A stretch of 31,281 bases of DNA from contig CAVTDB010000021.1 of assembly GCA_963733375.1 (NCBI GenBank), positions 1 through 31,281 of the forward strand, in the 5' to 3' direction. The translations under genes were made by a program, and so were the position numbers. The notes under the pieces are model-generated. The model had not been told where the DNA came from. It searched no databases and was given only the letters and a program-made list of their open reading frames with translations. Each line of letters opens with the position of its first letter. Position 1 is the first letter of the stretch. Below, piece after piece: positions 21,702 through 30,477 of the stretch. Origin of the DNA: Nitrospirota bacterium (GTDB lineage Bacteria; Nitrospirota; JACRHJ01).

Positions 21702-22254
21702 TCAGTTATGCGTAGTGCCATGCCGTAATGCATGTCGGCCTCGCATTGCATCCACCAGCTTCGCCGCAGGGAACTTTTGCTGGAGTTCCGCCAGCACTTG
21801 CATAAGGTCACTACAGCTGAATGTTTTGCTTGCTGAGCTCGGCTGTATGATATAAATGTCATCCTGGCCAGCGATTCCGTGCGGAATCGCATGCCCGGTC
21901 CAGGCGCCGCCGACTGAGTCAACCTGGATTACCCCGTAACCCACCACGGTAACTTCCTGCAGACCGTTTCCCTGGTCGGTCCCGTCATACATCGGCCGAA
22001 TTCTGCAACGCAACGTTTTTCGCCTCAGTGGTCGCATTGGTTTTCTTTACGGTATCCGACGAGCCTTCCAGGGCGTTCGCCCCTGCAAGCGCCGCGGCGT
22101 CCGCGGCAACCTGGAGCTGGCTCTTGACGCCGTAGAGGTGCGCAACGTCCAGAGCCAGCGCCGCCATTGCAATAAGCGCTACAAGCGAGAGGGCGAAGAT
22201 TACCAGTACCCCGCCCTTTTTCCCCGCAACCGGCTTTATCAGTGCAGTTTTCAT
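21702..22254 (-). CDS. TadG-like (Tad N-terminal) minor pilin/adhesin; short and frameshifted near 21990, possibly internally deleted
   Basis: KKGGVLVIFALSLVALIAMAALALDVAHLY...QLQVAADAAALAGA; continuation in ORF 21702-22037. Confidence 0.65.
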
Positions 22255-23911
22255 TTATTTCGTCTTTAAAGGGTCCATCGTCATCGAGTTCGGGAGCATG
22301 GGTATGAACTTGAATTCGTCATCCTGCTCCTTCGTCGGCTCATTAGCGCCCGGTAACTCGGGCTTCACGCCCGCCGGCCATCGCCTTCGCCAGCTTCGGC
22401 GTCACGAAGAACACCAGTTCCCTCTCGTGTTTCTCGAGCTGCTGGTCCCTGAAGAATGCCCCGATAATGGGTATGTCGCCCAGCAGGGGCACCTTGTCGA
22501 TGTTCTTCTGCCAATCATCGTTTAAAATGCCCGCCACCACGAACGTCTCGCCTTCCTTAAGCTCCACATCGGTATCGATATAATCCGTTTTGAGCGCGGG
22601 TATCGTGAACCCGCTGAACTGGACACCGTTAGCAAAATCGAGCGTGCTTACGCTTATCCCGTTGCTGTTTTCCTCGCTGGTATTCGAGCCCCTTTCCGTG
22701 GGACTTTCTGCCCATGAGTATCTCGATATTGCCGTTTTCCTTGACCATGGGGACTCATGTTCAGCTTCACGCCGAACTCCTTCCACTCTATGCTTACGGA
22801 TGGTGCGCTGCCCGCGGTCCCGTATTTTGACGACCGGCACCGGGAACTCTCCGCCCGCCAGGAACCGCCCTGTCTCCCCTTCGCGGACAAGCAGGTTCGG
22901 CTCCGCGAGCACCCTCGCCAGGCCCTTCGAGGCCAGCGCCTTTATCAGGAACTGCGTCCCGCTGGGCAAGGTACTACGCCAAGAGTAGCACCCGTTTACC
23001 GAGTGTTAAGGCCTCCGCCTAGGTGCCCGTTCGGATAGTCGCAAGGCCGCCCGTGTCCCTTGGACCGGAAAGAGGTTGGTGATGCTGTAAGCCCGCCGTA
23101 ACCGAGGAGACTGCGGTATCTATGGTCAGATTTTTCGAGGCGTAGGCCCAGTTGATGCCCAGCTCGCGCATGGCGGTCCTGTCTATCGAGGCCACCGTTA
23201 TCTGGAGCTCCACCTGCGGGGCGTCCGACACTTCGAGCAGGCTCACGTACTAAGGGTTTTATCGTTGGGATCACCGAAATTTTTTTCCGTTTCCGTCGTC
23301 TGGCCGCCTTGCAAATAAGTAAGCTCCTTGCTCCCTACTGGATATGCGACAGATTTGAGCACGTTTTCTATCCGGGCCTTCCTGTGTTCCGAGGATACGT
23401 TGCCGGATACAATGATGGTATTGCCCAGCATTTTCATGTACGTTAGGCGCATCATCTCTGGCGACCTCGTCGATACTCTTCTGCAAGTCCGTGATGTCCG
23501 TCACGACGTTGATGTCGTAGAAGGTCTTCTGGTCGTTTTTGTCCCAGACGATGAGCGTCGATTTTCCCGGGTACTGCCCGTCGATTTTTATCTCCGTCTT
23601 CGCCGGCCCCGGCTTATCGGGGACGGAGTAAATGACCTGGACCAGCGCGGGGCTTTTCGGCTCCCTGTTGCCTTCTCTTCTTCACGCCTTGACTGGAGGT
23701 CTCCTGTGTCTGCTCCTGCACTGTCACCGAATATCTTTTTATCTGATACGGGACGGTGAGGATGACGGATTCGCCGACGCGCACTTCCGTATAGACCCCG
23801 GCAAACGAGTCGGCGGCGAAAACGGCGGAACTAAATAACGCTGCGATTAACGATGACGGAAAATACCGTAAAACCTGAGGCCCTCCGCTGGCCGAACAGT
23901 CGCTGAAGCAT
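22255..23911 (-). CDS. rcpA: Tad secretin RcpA/CpaC (multiple indels)
   Basis: GKSTLIVWD N-domain, PQVELQITVASIDR, ARVLAEPNL, FLAGGEFPVP, EWKEFGVKL, KVPLLGDIPIIGAFFR, ELVFFVTP; AAGGAGG RBS before ATG 23911. Confidence 0.88.
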
Positions 23912-23941
23912 GTAAGATTCCTCCTTTTGTTTTACTGCTCA

Positions 23942-24831
23942 CTATTTGTACGATTCATTCGTGCGAAGGCTGCCCTTGATTACCTCTATGGTTACTCCCG
24001 CGGGCGCTTCCACCGCCACCGTCTTTACCGCCTTCACCGCCTTGCCGGGCGCCTGGCGCTTGCCACGCGCTGGACGGGCTGTTGCGGCTGTGGCACATCT
24101 CCGCCAAGGAGAGACGCGACCGTTTCGCCTTTTGTCTTTGACACTTCCGTGTCGTCAAGGTGCCGGAGGATAAGCTGGACCTTGTTCTCGCTCGCCAGGG
24201 CAAGCTTCTCCGCATCTTCGGGCGTAACGTCCAGGGTCACGGTAGGCACCGACACCGGCTTCCCCTCCTTCTGCTCCAGTATCTGGCCGACCGCCAGCAC
24301 CCGCACGTCCTGGAGCACTATCTTGCTTATCCTGGTATCCCTGCCGTTTGCCGTCTTCCCATAAGGGGAGTCCACCGTCGCCACGACGTCCACCATGCTG
24401 TTCGGCAGGACGAACCCCGCGACTCCCACCACTTCGTTGACGGCGACCGTTATGGCCCTCTTCCCGGGCTTGATGATATAGCTCATCACCCCGGCACCGG
24501 AATTCACGGGGGCGAGGCTGGATTCCAGCACAGGCGCGCCAGCCGGAATGTCGGATATGGCCAGCCTGTCCTGTACCTGGGTTAAGTTGCTGGAAGAGCC
24601 GGCGGGTATATTTTTCTTCGGCCAGTCTGCAAGCTTGAGCTGTTCCGGCTTGGTCTTCGTGCCGAACGGTATCTCCGCGGCTGCGACCACCACTTGCTGG
24701 ATTTCCATCTTCGCCTTTGCCGCCTCGCGGTCTTTGGCGGAGAGATAGTTGTAAACCATGTACGCGGAAACCGATGCCAGAACTAAGGCCGCCGCCGCAA
24801 TCGTCGCGGTAATCTTTGCAGGAAGTGCCAT
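23942..24831 (-). CDS. cpaB: Flp pilus assembly protein CpaB/RcpC (C-terminal frameshift)
   Basis: TM, SAF domain (VVVAAAEIPFG), GKRAITVAVNEVVGVAGFVLP, LQDVRVLAVGQ, VTLDVTPEDAEKL; real end ...TIEVIKGSLRTNESYK*. Confidence 0.92.
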
Positions 24832-24847
24832 TTCTGTTTCTCCTTTG

Positions 24848-25215
24848 TTAGGGTATCGCCAACTCGTAGTACATCGTCCCTGTTCGCTCCAATGTAAAGC
24901 TTTTAGTTACATGCACTTGAAAAAACGCAAACGCCAATGAGTCCAATGAATTTAATAATGCTTCATCCTCGCATAATCCTGTGTGTTGGTAATTATTGTA
25001 GCCACTTGCGCAGGCGCTTGCCCCGGATCTGTCAGGACCGCCCCGTACCTTGCGGCTGCCCGGACGGAGTTCCCGAGATGAGTCGAGTAATACCATAGCC
25101 TGCCGAACTCCAATGCCCCGAAAAGAAACCCGAAGAAGAGGACGGCGACCAATGCGAACTCGACCATCGCCTGGCCTGAATTTCCTGCAATAATTTTTTT
25201 TGCGCGTGTCTTCAT
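24848..25215 (-). CDS. tadE: TadE-like pseudopilin (frameshifted)
   Basis: SGQAMVEFALV...GALEFGRLW...SVRAAARYGAV; C-terminal TMYYE in ORF 24848-25096. Confidence 0.8.
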
Positions 25216-25219
25216 ATCT

Positions 25220-25381
25220 TTATGGCCAAAGGTTAACCACTTTTGTATAAAGTGCGTTTACCTGACCTCCGAAAGCCCCCAGCGCGGCGACCGCGGCGGC
25301 GGCTACAAGTATCAAGATCATCGCATACTCCACCAGGCCCTGGCCTTGTTCATCTTTCAGCGGCGCGGTATTTTTTTTCAT
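25220..25381 (-). CDS. flp: Flp type IVc pilin 2 (53 aa, not in ORF track)
   Basis: MKKNTAPLKDEQG|QGLVEYAMILILVAAAAVAALGAFGGQVNALYTKVVNLWP*; AGGGG RBS. Confidence 0.88.
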   Translation of the reverse strand: MKKNTAPLKDEQGQGLVEYAMILILVAAAAVAALGAFGGQVNALYTKVVNLWP

Positions 25382-25408
25382 AATATCCCCTTTGCGCGGG
25401 CAATCTTC

Positions 25409-25436
25409 CCGCCGGGGCCCCGAAGGGCCCCGGCGG
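25409..25436 (-). terminator. 12-bp GC stem with cUUCGg tetraloop after the major flp gene
   Basis: Minus strand CCGCCGGGGCCC-TTCG-GGGCCCCGGCGG. Confidence 0.7.
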
Positions 25437-25445
25437 AGTGGAAAT

Positions 25446-25637
25446 TTAAGGCGTAGTCAACGCTGTCTGGATCTTGCCAAAGACCGTGTTTACGTTCTGG
25501 CCGATAAGGCCCAACGCGGCGAGGGCTATGACCGAAACAAGCACGAGGATAAGAGCGTACTCCACCATGCCCTGCCCTTTTTCGTCCAATACCGGAAGCC
25601 TGAAATAATTCGCTAACGCAAGTATCATCTCTTTCAT
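25446..25637 (-). CDS. flp: Flp type IVc major pilin
   Basis: DEKG|QGMVEYALILVLVSVIALAALGLIG...VFGKI; strong AGGAGG RBS. Confidence 0.95.
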   Translation of the reverse strand: MKEMILALANYFRLPVLDEKGQGMVEYALILVLVSVIALAALGLIGQNVNTVFGKIQTALTTP

Positions 25638-25687
25638 TTTCTTTTCCTCCTGTTTTAAATTACGTGAAATGCGGATTTTTTTAAGCG

Positions 25688-25744
25688 AAGAACTGGAGTG
25701 CTTCTAAAGAACTGGTGTGTTTTCGAAAAACTGAAGTGTTTCTT
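25688..25744. repeat. 3 x 19-bp imperfect tandem repeat in the flp 5' leader
   Basis: AAGAACTGGAGTGCTTCTA / AAGAACTGGTGTGTTTTCG / AAAAACTGAAGTGTTTCTT. Confidence 0.8.
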
Positions 25745-25816
25745 ATTTGAAATGTTCTTAAAACTCTATTATGATTGGAACCAATCTTCTTTCGTTTTAA
25801 GTGTTACTTAATTATA

Positions 25817-25846
25817 TGTATAGCTCATAAGTTCGGTTTTTGTCAA
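25817..25846 (-). promoter_or_regulatory. Putative sigma70 promoter for the flp-tad operon
   Basis: TTGACA (25846-25841), 18-bp spacer (contains a homopolymer), TATACA. Confidence 0.5.
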
Positions 25847-25920
25847 ATCCTCATATTTTGCCCTCCTTAATGTTGATGTTATATTATATTTTCGGCACTG
25901 TTTTCAAAAATACATGGCTT

Positions 25921-25973
25921 TACTTGCCCGCCGAATGCGGTCGGTCCCGCGACCGCACCGACGGTTACAAGTA
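25921..25973 (-). other. Long stem-loop with G-U pairs favouring the minus strand
   Basis: Minus strand TACTTGT-AA-CCGTCGG-TGCGGTCG-(CGGGAC)-CGACCGCA-T-TCGGCGG-GCAAGTA. Confidence 0.65.
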
Positions 25974-26002
25974 GTCAAATCATCCATCTCTCAGCGTCCG
26001 TG

Positions 26003-26029
26003 GCCATTGTTGCCATTGTTGCCGTTGTT
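26003..26029. repeat. 3 x 9-bp tandem repeat GCC(A/G)TTGTT
   Basis: GCCATTGTT GCCATTGTT GCCGTTGTT; the minus strand reads NNG-NNG-NNG-HGR* in one frame. Confidence 0.8.
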
Positions 26030-26100
26030 GGACTATCCCCCGTGTAAAAGGGTGTTGGATTGGTTTAAAACCGGTATCTACTTAAACTGGTAGGCTTGAC

Positions 26101-26154
26101 TGGTTCTAATTCAAAATGGTTCTGATTCAAATGGTTCTTAGCTAGAGTGGTTCT
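26101..26154. repeat. 4 x TGGTTCT repeat with 15-16 bp period
   Basis: TGGTTCT at 26101, 26117, 26132 and 26148. Confidence 0.8.
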
Positions 26155-26188
26155 TACTCGATTTTGCATTGCAATGATGTTAGCTCAT

Positions 26189-26217
26189 ATAATAACGGCG
26201 CATTCGGACTTTGTCAA
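26189..26217 (-). promoter_or_regulatory. Putative sigma70 promoter firing toward the repeat/hairpin region
   Basis: TTGACA (26217-26212), 17-bp spacer, TATTAT (26194-26189). Confidence 0.65.
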
Positions 26218-26249
26218 ATCACCATAAGAACCAGGATTATGTTGGAATA

Positions 26250-26320
26250 CCGATTTGACGTTAATGACTATATGCCGATTTGACGTTAATGACTATATCT
26301 GATATTTTATTATCAGGAGG
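26250..26320 (+). promoter_or_regulatory. Promoter of the tadE-tadE-tadG cassette, with an internal 25-bp tandem duplication; copy 1 of a duplicated promoter
   Basis: CCGATTTGACGTTAATGACTATAT at 26250 and 26275; TTGACG(26280)-17 bp-TATTTT(26303) with extended TG; AGGAGG RBS. Confidence 0.7.
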
Positions 26321-26328
26321 CGCATCCT

Positions 26329-26826
26329 ATGAACAAAAAATCCGGTGAAAGACTTATACCGCTGCGAGAGAGAAGGGGCCAGACCATCGTGGAATTTGCG
26401 TTGGTTGTGCCCATAATTTTTTTACTGCTTTTCGGCCTTATAGACCTGGGCATAATGTTTTACGTAAACCTGACCATGCAGAATGCCGTACGGCAAGGCG
26501 CCCGCACCAGCGTGGTGGGAAGCAGCTCAGGCGGCCCGACCCAGCGGGCGGCACTGATACAAACCATAAGGGACAGCTCCAATGGCCTTTATGACAAAGG
26601 CCAACCGCGACTTACCACTTATATCGTAACGCCGGGCAGCTCGACGTTTTCCAACTTCACCGGCGCCAACATCGGCGGCTCGGGGCAGATAGTCATGGTC
26701 CGGCTCGATTACACCTGGCCCCTTCTCACCCATATATTAAGTCCTTTCTTTACGAACGACGAGTACAGTTTCACGGTGAAAGCGACCATGCGCAACGAAC
26801 AGTTCCTATCCGGCGGTGGAGGATGA
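26329..26826 (+). CDS. tadE: TadE-like pseudopilin
   Basis: RG|QTIVEFALVVPI...GLIDLG...NAVRQGAR; VRLDYTWPLLT; MRNE C-terminus. Confidence 0.9.
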   Translation: MNKKSGERLIPLRERRGQTIVEFALVVPIIFLLLFGLIDLGIMFYVNLTMQNAVRQGARTSVVGSSSGGPTQRAALIQTIRDSSNGLYDKGQPRLTTYIVTPGSSTFSNFTGANIGGSGQIVMVRLDYTWPLLTHILSPFFTNDEYSFTVKATMRNEQFLSGGGG

Positions 26827-26828
26827 CC

Positions 26829-27365
26829 ATGAAGGCCAGGGCTTATCGCATATTGCATGAATCGACGGGCCAGGCACTGGTCGAAGCGGCCATAGTTCTG
26901 CCCTTGCTGGTCCTTCTGGTCATAGGCGTGTACGAGTTCTCGCGCTCCATCCAGGCAAATAACATAGTAGTCGCCATGAGCAGAGAGGCCGCCAACCTTG
27001 CGTCCCGGGGCAGAACATAGCACCCCAGGACATAATGGACGCCGTGGGCGATACGGCGCAGCCGCTGGACATGCCCGCGCACGGCATGATAGTTATCACC
27101 AAGGTCCAGGGCGTGAAGATCGGAAGTACAGTGCATACGGTTGTAGTAAGCTCGTCCGACCAGTACAAATGGGCAAAAGGCGGCTACAACGTGGCCAGCA
27201 AAATCGGGACTCCCCAGTGGAACAAACTACCGCGTGAACATCCCCAACCTTACATTGGGAGATGGCGATGAGGCTTGGGTGGCCGAGGTTTTTTATGATT
27301 ATCAGGTCACGTTCGTAAATGAGTTTACATGGAAGCCCACTCTATATTCAATGTCGATATTTTAA
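26829..27365 (+). CDS. TadE/TadF-like pseudopilin (frameshifted)
   Basis: TG|QALVEAAIVLPLL...GVYEFSR...SREAANLASR; continues in ORF 27035-27271, then WVAEVFYDY and PTLYSMSIF* (stop 27363-27365). Confidence 0.8.
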
Positions 27366-27383
27366 AGTGCAAAAAGGGGAACC

Positions 27384-28799
27384 ATGAAAACAACGGGAAA
27401 ACAAGATGGACAGGTATTAGTCTTCTTAGCCCTGTCAATAGTAGCTCTTCTGGGCATTACGGGATTAGCCATAGACGGAGGGATCGCCTACGGGGTAAAG
27501 GCCAAGCTGAGCAGCGCCGTGGACGCGGCCGCCCTGGCGGCCGCCAACGCGACTGGCGACAGCTCCCCCAATGGTAGCTATGCAACCGCAATAGCCGCCG
27601 GCGTGGCGCGTTTTAACGCCAATTACCCTCAGTACCCTGCGAAATACCTCAAGTCCACCGTCACCTCCGGTCCGACAATAAGTGTGGCGCCCAACAAGCC
27701 CGGGCCGGGGCAGATACAGGTCACTGTAACCGCAAGCGCGACGGCGCCTACATATTTCATGCAGGTCCTGGGTCTAAATAAGGTGACCGCGGGCTCCACG
27801 GCGCAGGCAGTCAAGAAGGACCTTGACATGGTCCTGGTAATCGACAATACCGGCTCGCTGGACCCTGTCGGTTCGTCGGTTCGAAGATGCGGCTTTAGCG
27901 TTCATCGACCAGTTCAATTCGACCACGGACAGGGTGGGCCTGGTAAACTTCGCTTATGGCGCCAATGTTGCGGTCCCTATATACACGGTATCCAGGGGAT
28001 TTAATAAGTCGGCGATTGAGACCGCCATAAAGCCATGACTTTTGATGGAGACACCAACTTCAACGAGGCCTTCTGGGATGCCAGGGCCCAGCTCGACAGC
28101 ATACCCGTGTCGAGCCGCTCAACATTCAGGGTCATAGTGTTCTTCTCCGACGGCTCGCCAAACTCCTTCTCGGCCACTTTCAATAGCAACCACCCCGGGA
28201 TTATCTGTACCAACGACTCCCCTGAAAACCCCTTTGGGCTTGATAAGATAGGCTCCCTCTCAGCCCATTCCGCCAATTACGACGTATCAAACGTGACCTC
28301 CTTGCCGGCCTATGCCACATGGACGAACGGCGGCCCAACCACAAGCATCTACCAGGTTGCGCCTAACCCGTCGGGCTACAGGCCCGTTATAGCTAATTAC
28401 TTACATGACCCAAATGACAAAGCTAATTTTGGCACTCAACGGGGTGGCGGTCGTGGTGGCGGTGGCGGTAGTGCAAACTATCCTGGTTTTACGAGCGTGA
28501 ACGACGCCGCGAGGAACCTCGCGGAAGAGATGGCGTACGACGCAAGGAGTACGAACATATACGTCTACACGCTTGGCGAGGGCCCTGCACTGACCACGGC
28601 AAAAAGCTGGGGGCCCTCCGGGGTCGTCGGGGCTTTCGAAACAGGCGATGCCGTCCTCAAGAACATGGCCAACGACCCCACGGCAAGGACCTATAACTCG
28701 AAACAGCCGACCGGGGATTATGTCTATGCGGCGGATGATACGCAACTGCAGCAGGCCTTTGACGAGATAAGAAGCCAACTGCTCCGGCTGACGAGGTGA
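27384..28799 (+). CDS. tadG: TadG-like pilus tip protein with vWA (MIDAS) domain (frameshift near 27880-27890)
   Basis: DG|QVLVFLALSIVALLGITGLAIDGG...SSAVDAAALAA; vWA motifs LVIDNTGS, GDTN, IVFFSDG, IYVYTLG; ends AFDEIRSQLLRLTR. Confidence 0.85.
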
Positions 28800-28860
28800 A
28801 CTAAGGATATGATTTCGTTTATTAACGCGCTGCCTCCGCGTCCGGGTTTTGCCATATCAT

Positions 28861-28931
28861 ATAAGAATCGTAATTATGTCGGAATGCCGATTTGACGTTA
28901 ATGACTATATCTGATATTTTATTATCGGAGG
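28861..28931 (+). promoter_or_regulatory. Copy 2 of the duplicated promoter, upstream of the MshEN-AAA+ ATPase
   Basis: 28884-28926 is identical to 26272-26314 (43 bp); similarity extends upstream (ATAAGAA...ATTATGT.GGAAT) and to the GGAGG RBS. Confidence 0.85.
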
Positions 28932-28938
28932 CACAATT

Positions 28939-30342
28939 ATGAATATAAAATTTGGCGAAAGACTCATAAAAGCGGGAGTCGTTAATAAAAATCAGATAAC
29001 TGCGGCCTTGCAAGAGCAGTCGCTAAGGGGGGGCAGCCTGGGCCTGAACCTGACCCGCCTTGGTTTCGCCACGGAAACGGACATAAATTCATTCATTGAA
29101 CCGCTGCCGGCGCCGCCGGCGACCGCGGAGGCTACCGGCCTGCCCAAGGAGTTCCTCACCGAGCTCGCCCTGAAGCAGGTCTTCTACCTGGGTACCTTTA
29201 CCATCCCTGAGCTATCCGAGAGGCTGAAGCTGCCCCACAACATCATAACCGGGATAGTCCAGGACATGAGGCAGAGCAAGTTCTGCGAAGTAAAAGGCGG
29301 CTCCGCGTATCAAAGCGTCACGTATTCGTTCTCCGTCACTACCGAAGGCAGGAACAGGGCGATGGAGCTGCTGGAGAAGAATTCGTACGTGGGGCCCGCG
29401 CCCGTGCCGCTTCAGGACTACTGGATGATGGCCGAGCGCAATACCGTGCGGAACGTCCGCCTGAGCCGGGCCGACATGGATCGGGCTTTTTCGCCTTACG
29501 TGGTACCGGAGCGGCTGTTTGACCAGTTCGGCGCGGCGGTGAATTCGGGCAAATCAATGTTTGTTTACGGGCCGGCGGGCAACGGGAAGACGGTCTTGGC
29601 CGAGGCCCTTGGGCGCGTCATGGAAGAGGTCGTATGCATTCCCCATGCGGTCGCCGTGGAGCGCGAGTTGATACGGGTTTGGGACCCTGTAAACCATCGG
29701 TCGGCGGATGACGGCGCCCACGGCAATTACGACCAGCGGTGGGTGCTGTGCAAGAGGCCCGTCGTCATGGTAGGCGGAGAGCTGACGCTTAAGATGCTCG
29801 ACCTCGATTTCAACCCCATACATAAGTTCTACGAGGCCCCTCTTCAGATGAAGGCAAACGGCGGCGTCTTTATCATCGACGACTTTGGCCGCCAGATGAT
29901 AAGGCCCCGGGACCTCTTGAACCGCTGGATAGTCCCGCTGGAGAGAAGAAGCGATTTCCTGACCCTGCACACGGGCAAAAAGTTCGAGATACCTTTCGAC
30001 GAGCTTGTCATATTCGCCACGAACTTAGAACCCAAGGACCTGGTCGACGAGGCCTTCCTGCGGCGCATCCATTACAAAATACGGGTCGATCATCCTTCGA
30101 AGGAAGAGTTCAAGAAGATATTTGCCCGGGTGTGCGCGCAAAAAGGCATCGAATACTCGGATGGGGCCGTGGATTATCTCTTAAATGAGCGTTACGCCAA
30201 GACGGGCGTAAAATTAAGCGCCTGCCATCCGCGCGATATAATCGAGCAAATAATCGACATATCGAGATACAAGGGCTTAAAGCCTCTCCTGACTCCGGAG
30301 ATTCTAGACGCGGTATGGAGTAATTATTTTATAGACCGATAA
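28939..30342 (+). CDS. AAA+ ATPase with N-terminal MshEN-like (c-di-GMP receptor) domain
   Basis: KFGERLIKAGVVNKNQITAALQEQ-x5-SLGLNLTRLG (MshEN-like tandem motif), wHTH-like segment, Walker A GPAGNGKT, Walker B FIIDDFG, sensor-1 FATN, arginine finger AFLRR. Confidence 0.85.
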   Translation: MNIKFGERLIKAGVVNKNQITAALQEQSLRGGSLGLNLTRLGFATETDINSFIEPLPAPPATAEATGLPKEFLTELALKQVFYLGTFTIPELSERLKLPHNIITGIVQDMRQSKFCEVKGGSAYQSVTYSFSVTTEGRNRAMELLEKNSYVGPAPVPLQDYWMMAERNTVRNVRLSRADMDRAFSPYVVPERLFDQFGAAVNSGKSMFVYGPAGNGKTVLAEALGRVMEEVVCIPHAVAVERELIRVWDPVNHRSADDGAHGNYDQRWVLCKRPVVMVGGELTLKMLDLDFNPIHKFYEAPLQMKANGGVFIIDDFGRQMIRPRDLLNRWIVPLERRSDFLTLHTGKKFEIPFDELVIFATNLEPKDLVDEAFLRRIHYKIRVDHPSKEEFKKIFARVCAQKGIEYSDGAVDYLLNERYAKTGVKLSACHPRDIIEQIIDISRYKGLKPLLTPEILDAVWSNYFIDR

Positions 30343-30353
30343 AAACGAATTTC

Positions 30354-30383
30354 TTGACTATCCTACCCGAAATTTAATATAAT
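30354..30383 (+). promoter_or_regulatory. Putative sigma70 promoter
   Basis: TTGACT(30354)-18 bp-TATAAT(30378). Confidence 0.45.
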
Positions 30384-30477
30384 ACAAGGGATTAGCCTTC
30401 TGGCTTCCGGTCCTCCGGCTATTTGCGTTTTTTCTTATTGTTTTTAGAGTATTATCCCGAGAAAGCCTGACCCTTAA

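Noticed and set aside
25688-26154. Repeat clusters as a CRISPR array
   Set aside because: Units are 9-19 bp, degenerate and tandem, with no unique 25-45 bp spacers and no cas genes.
26064-26170. 34-aa minus-strand ORF MQNRVRTTLAKNHLNQNHFELEPVKPTSLSRYRF across the AGAACCA repeats
   Set aside because: No RBS, and the 15-16 bp repeat period does not preserve frame, so it is probably non-coding.
25640-26328. c-di-GMP/cGAMP (GEMM) riboswitch upstream of the pilin
   Set aside because: No GGCAAA...GGACGCAAAG core was found by eye on either strand. An Infernal scan would be needed to exclude it fully.
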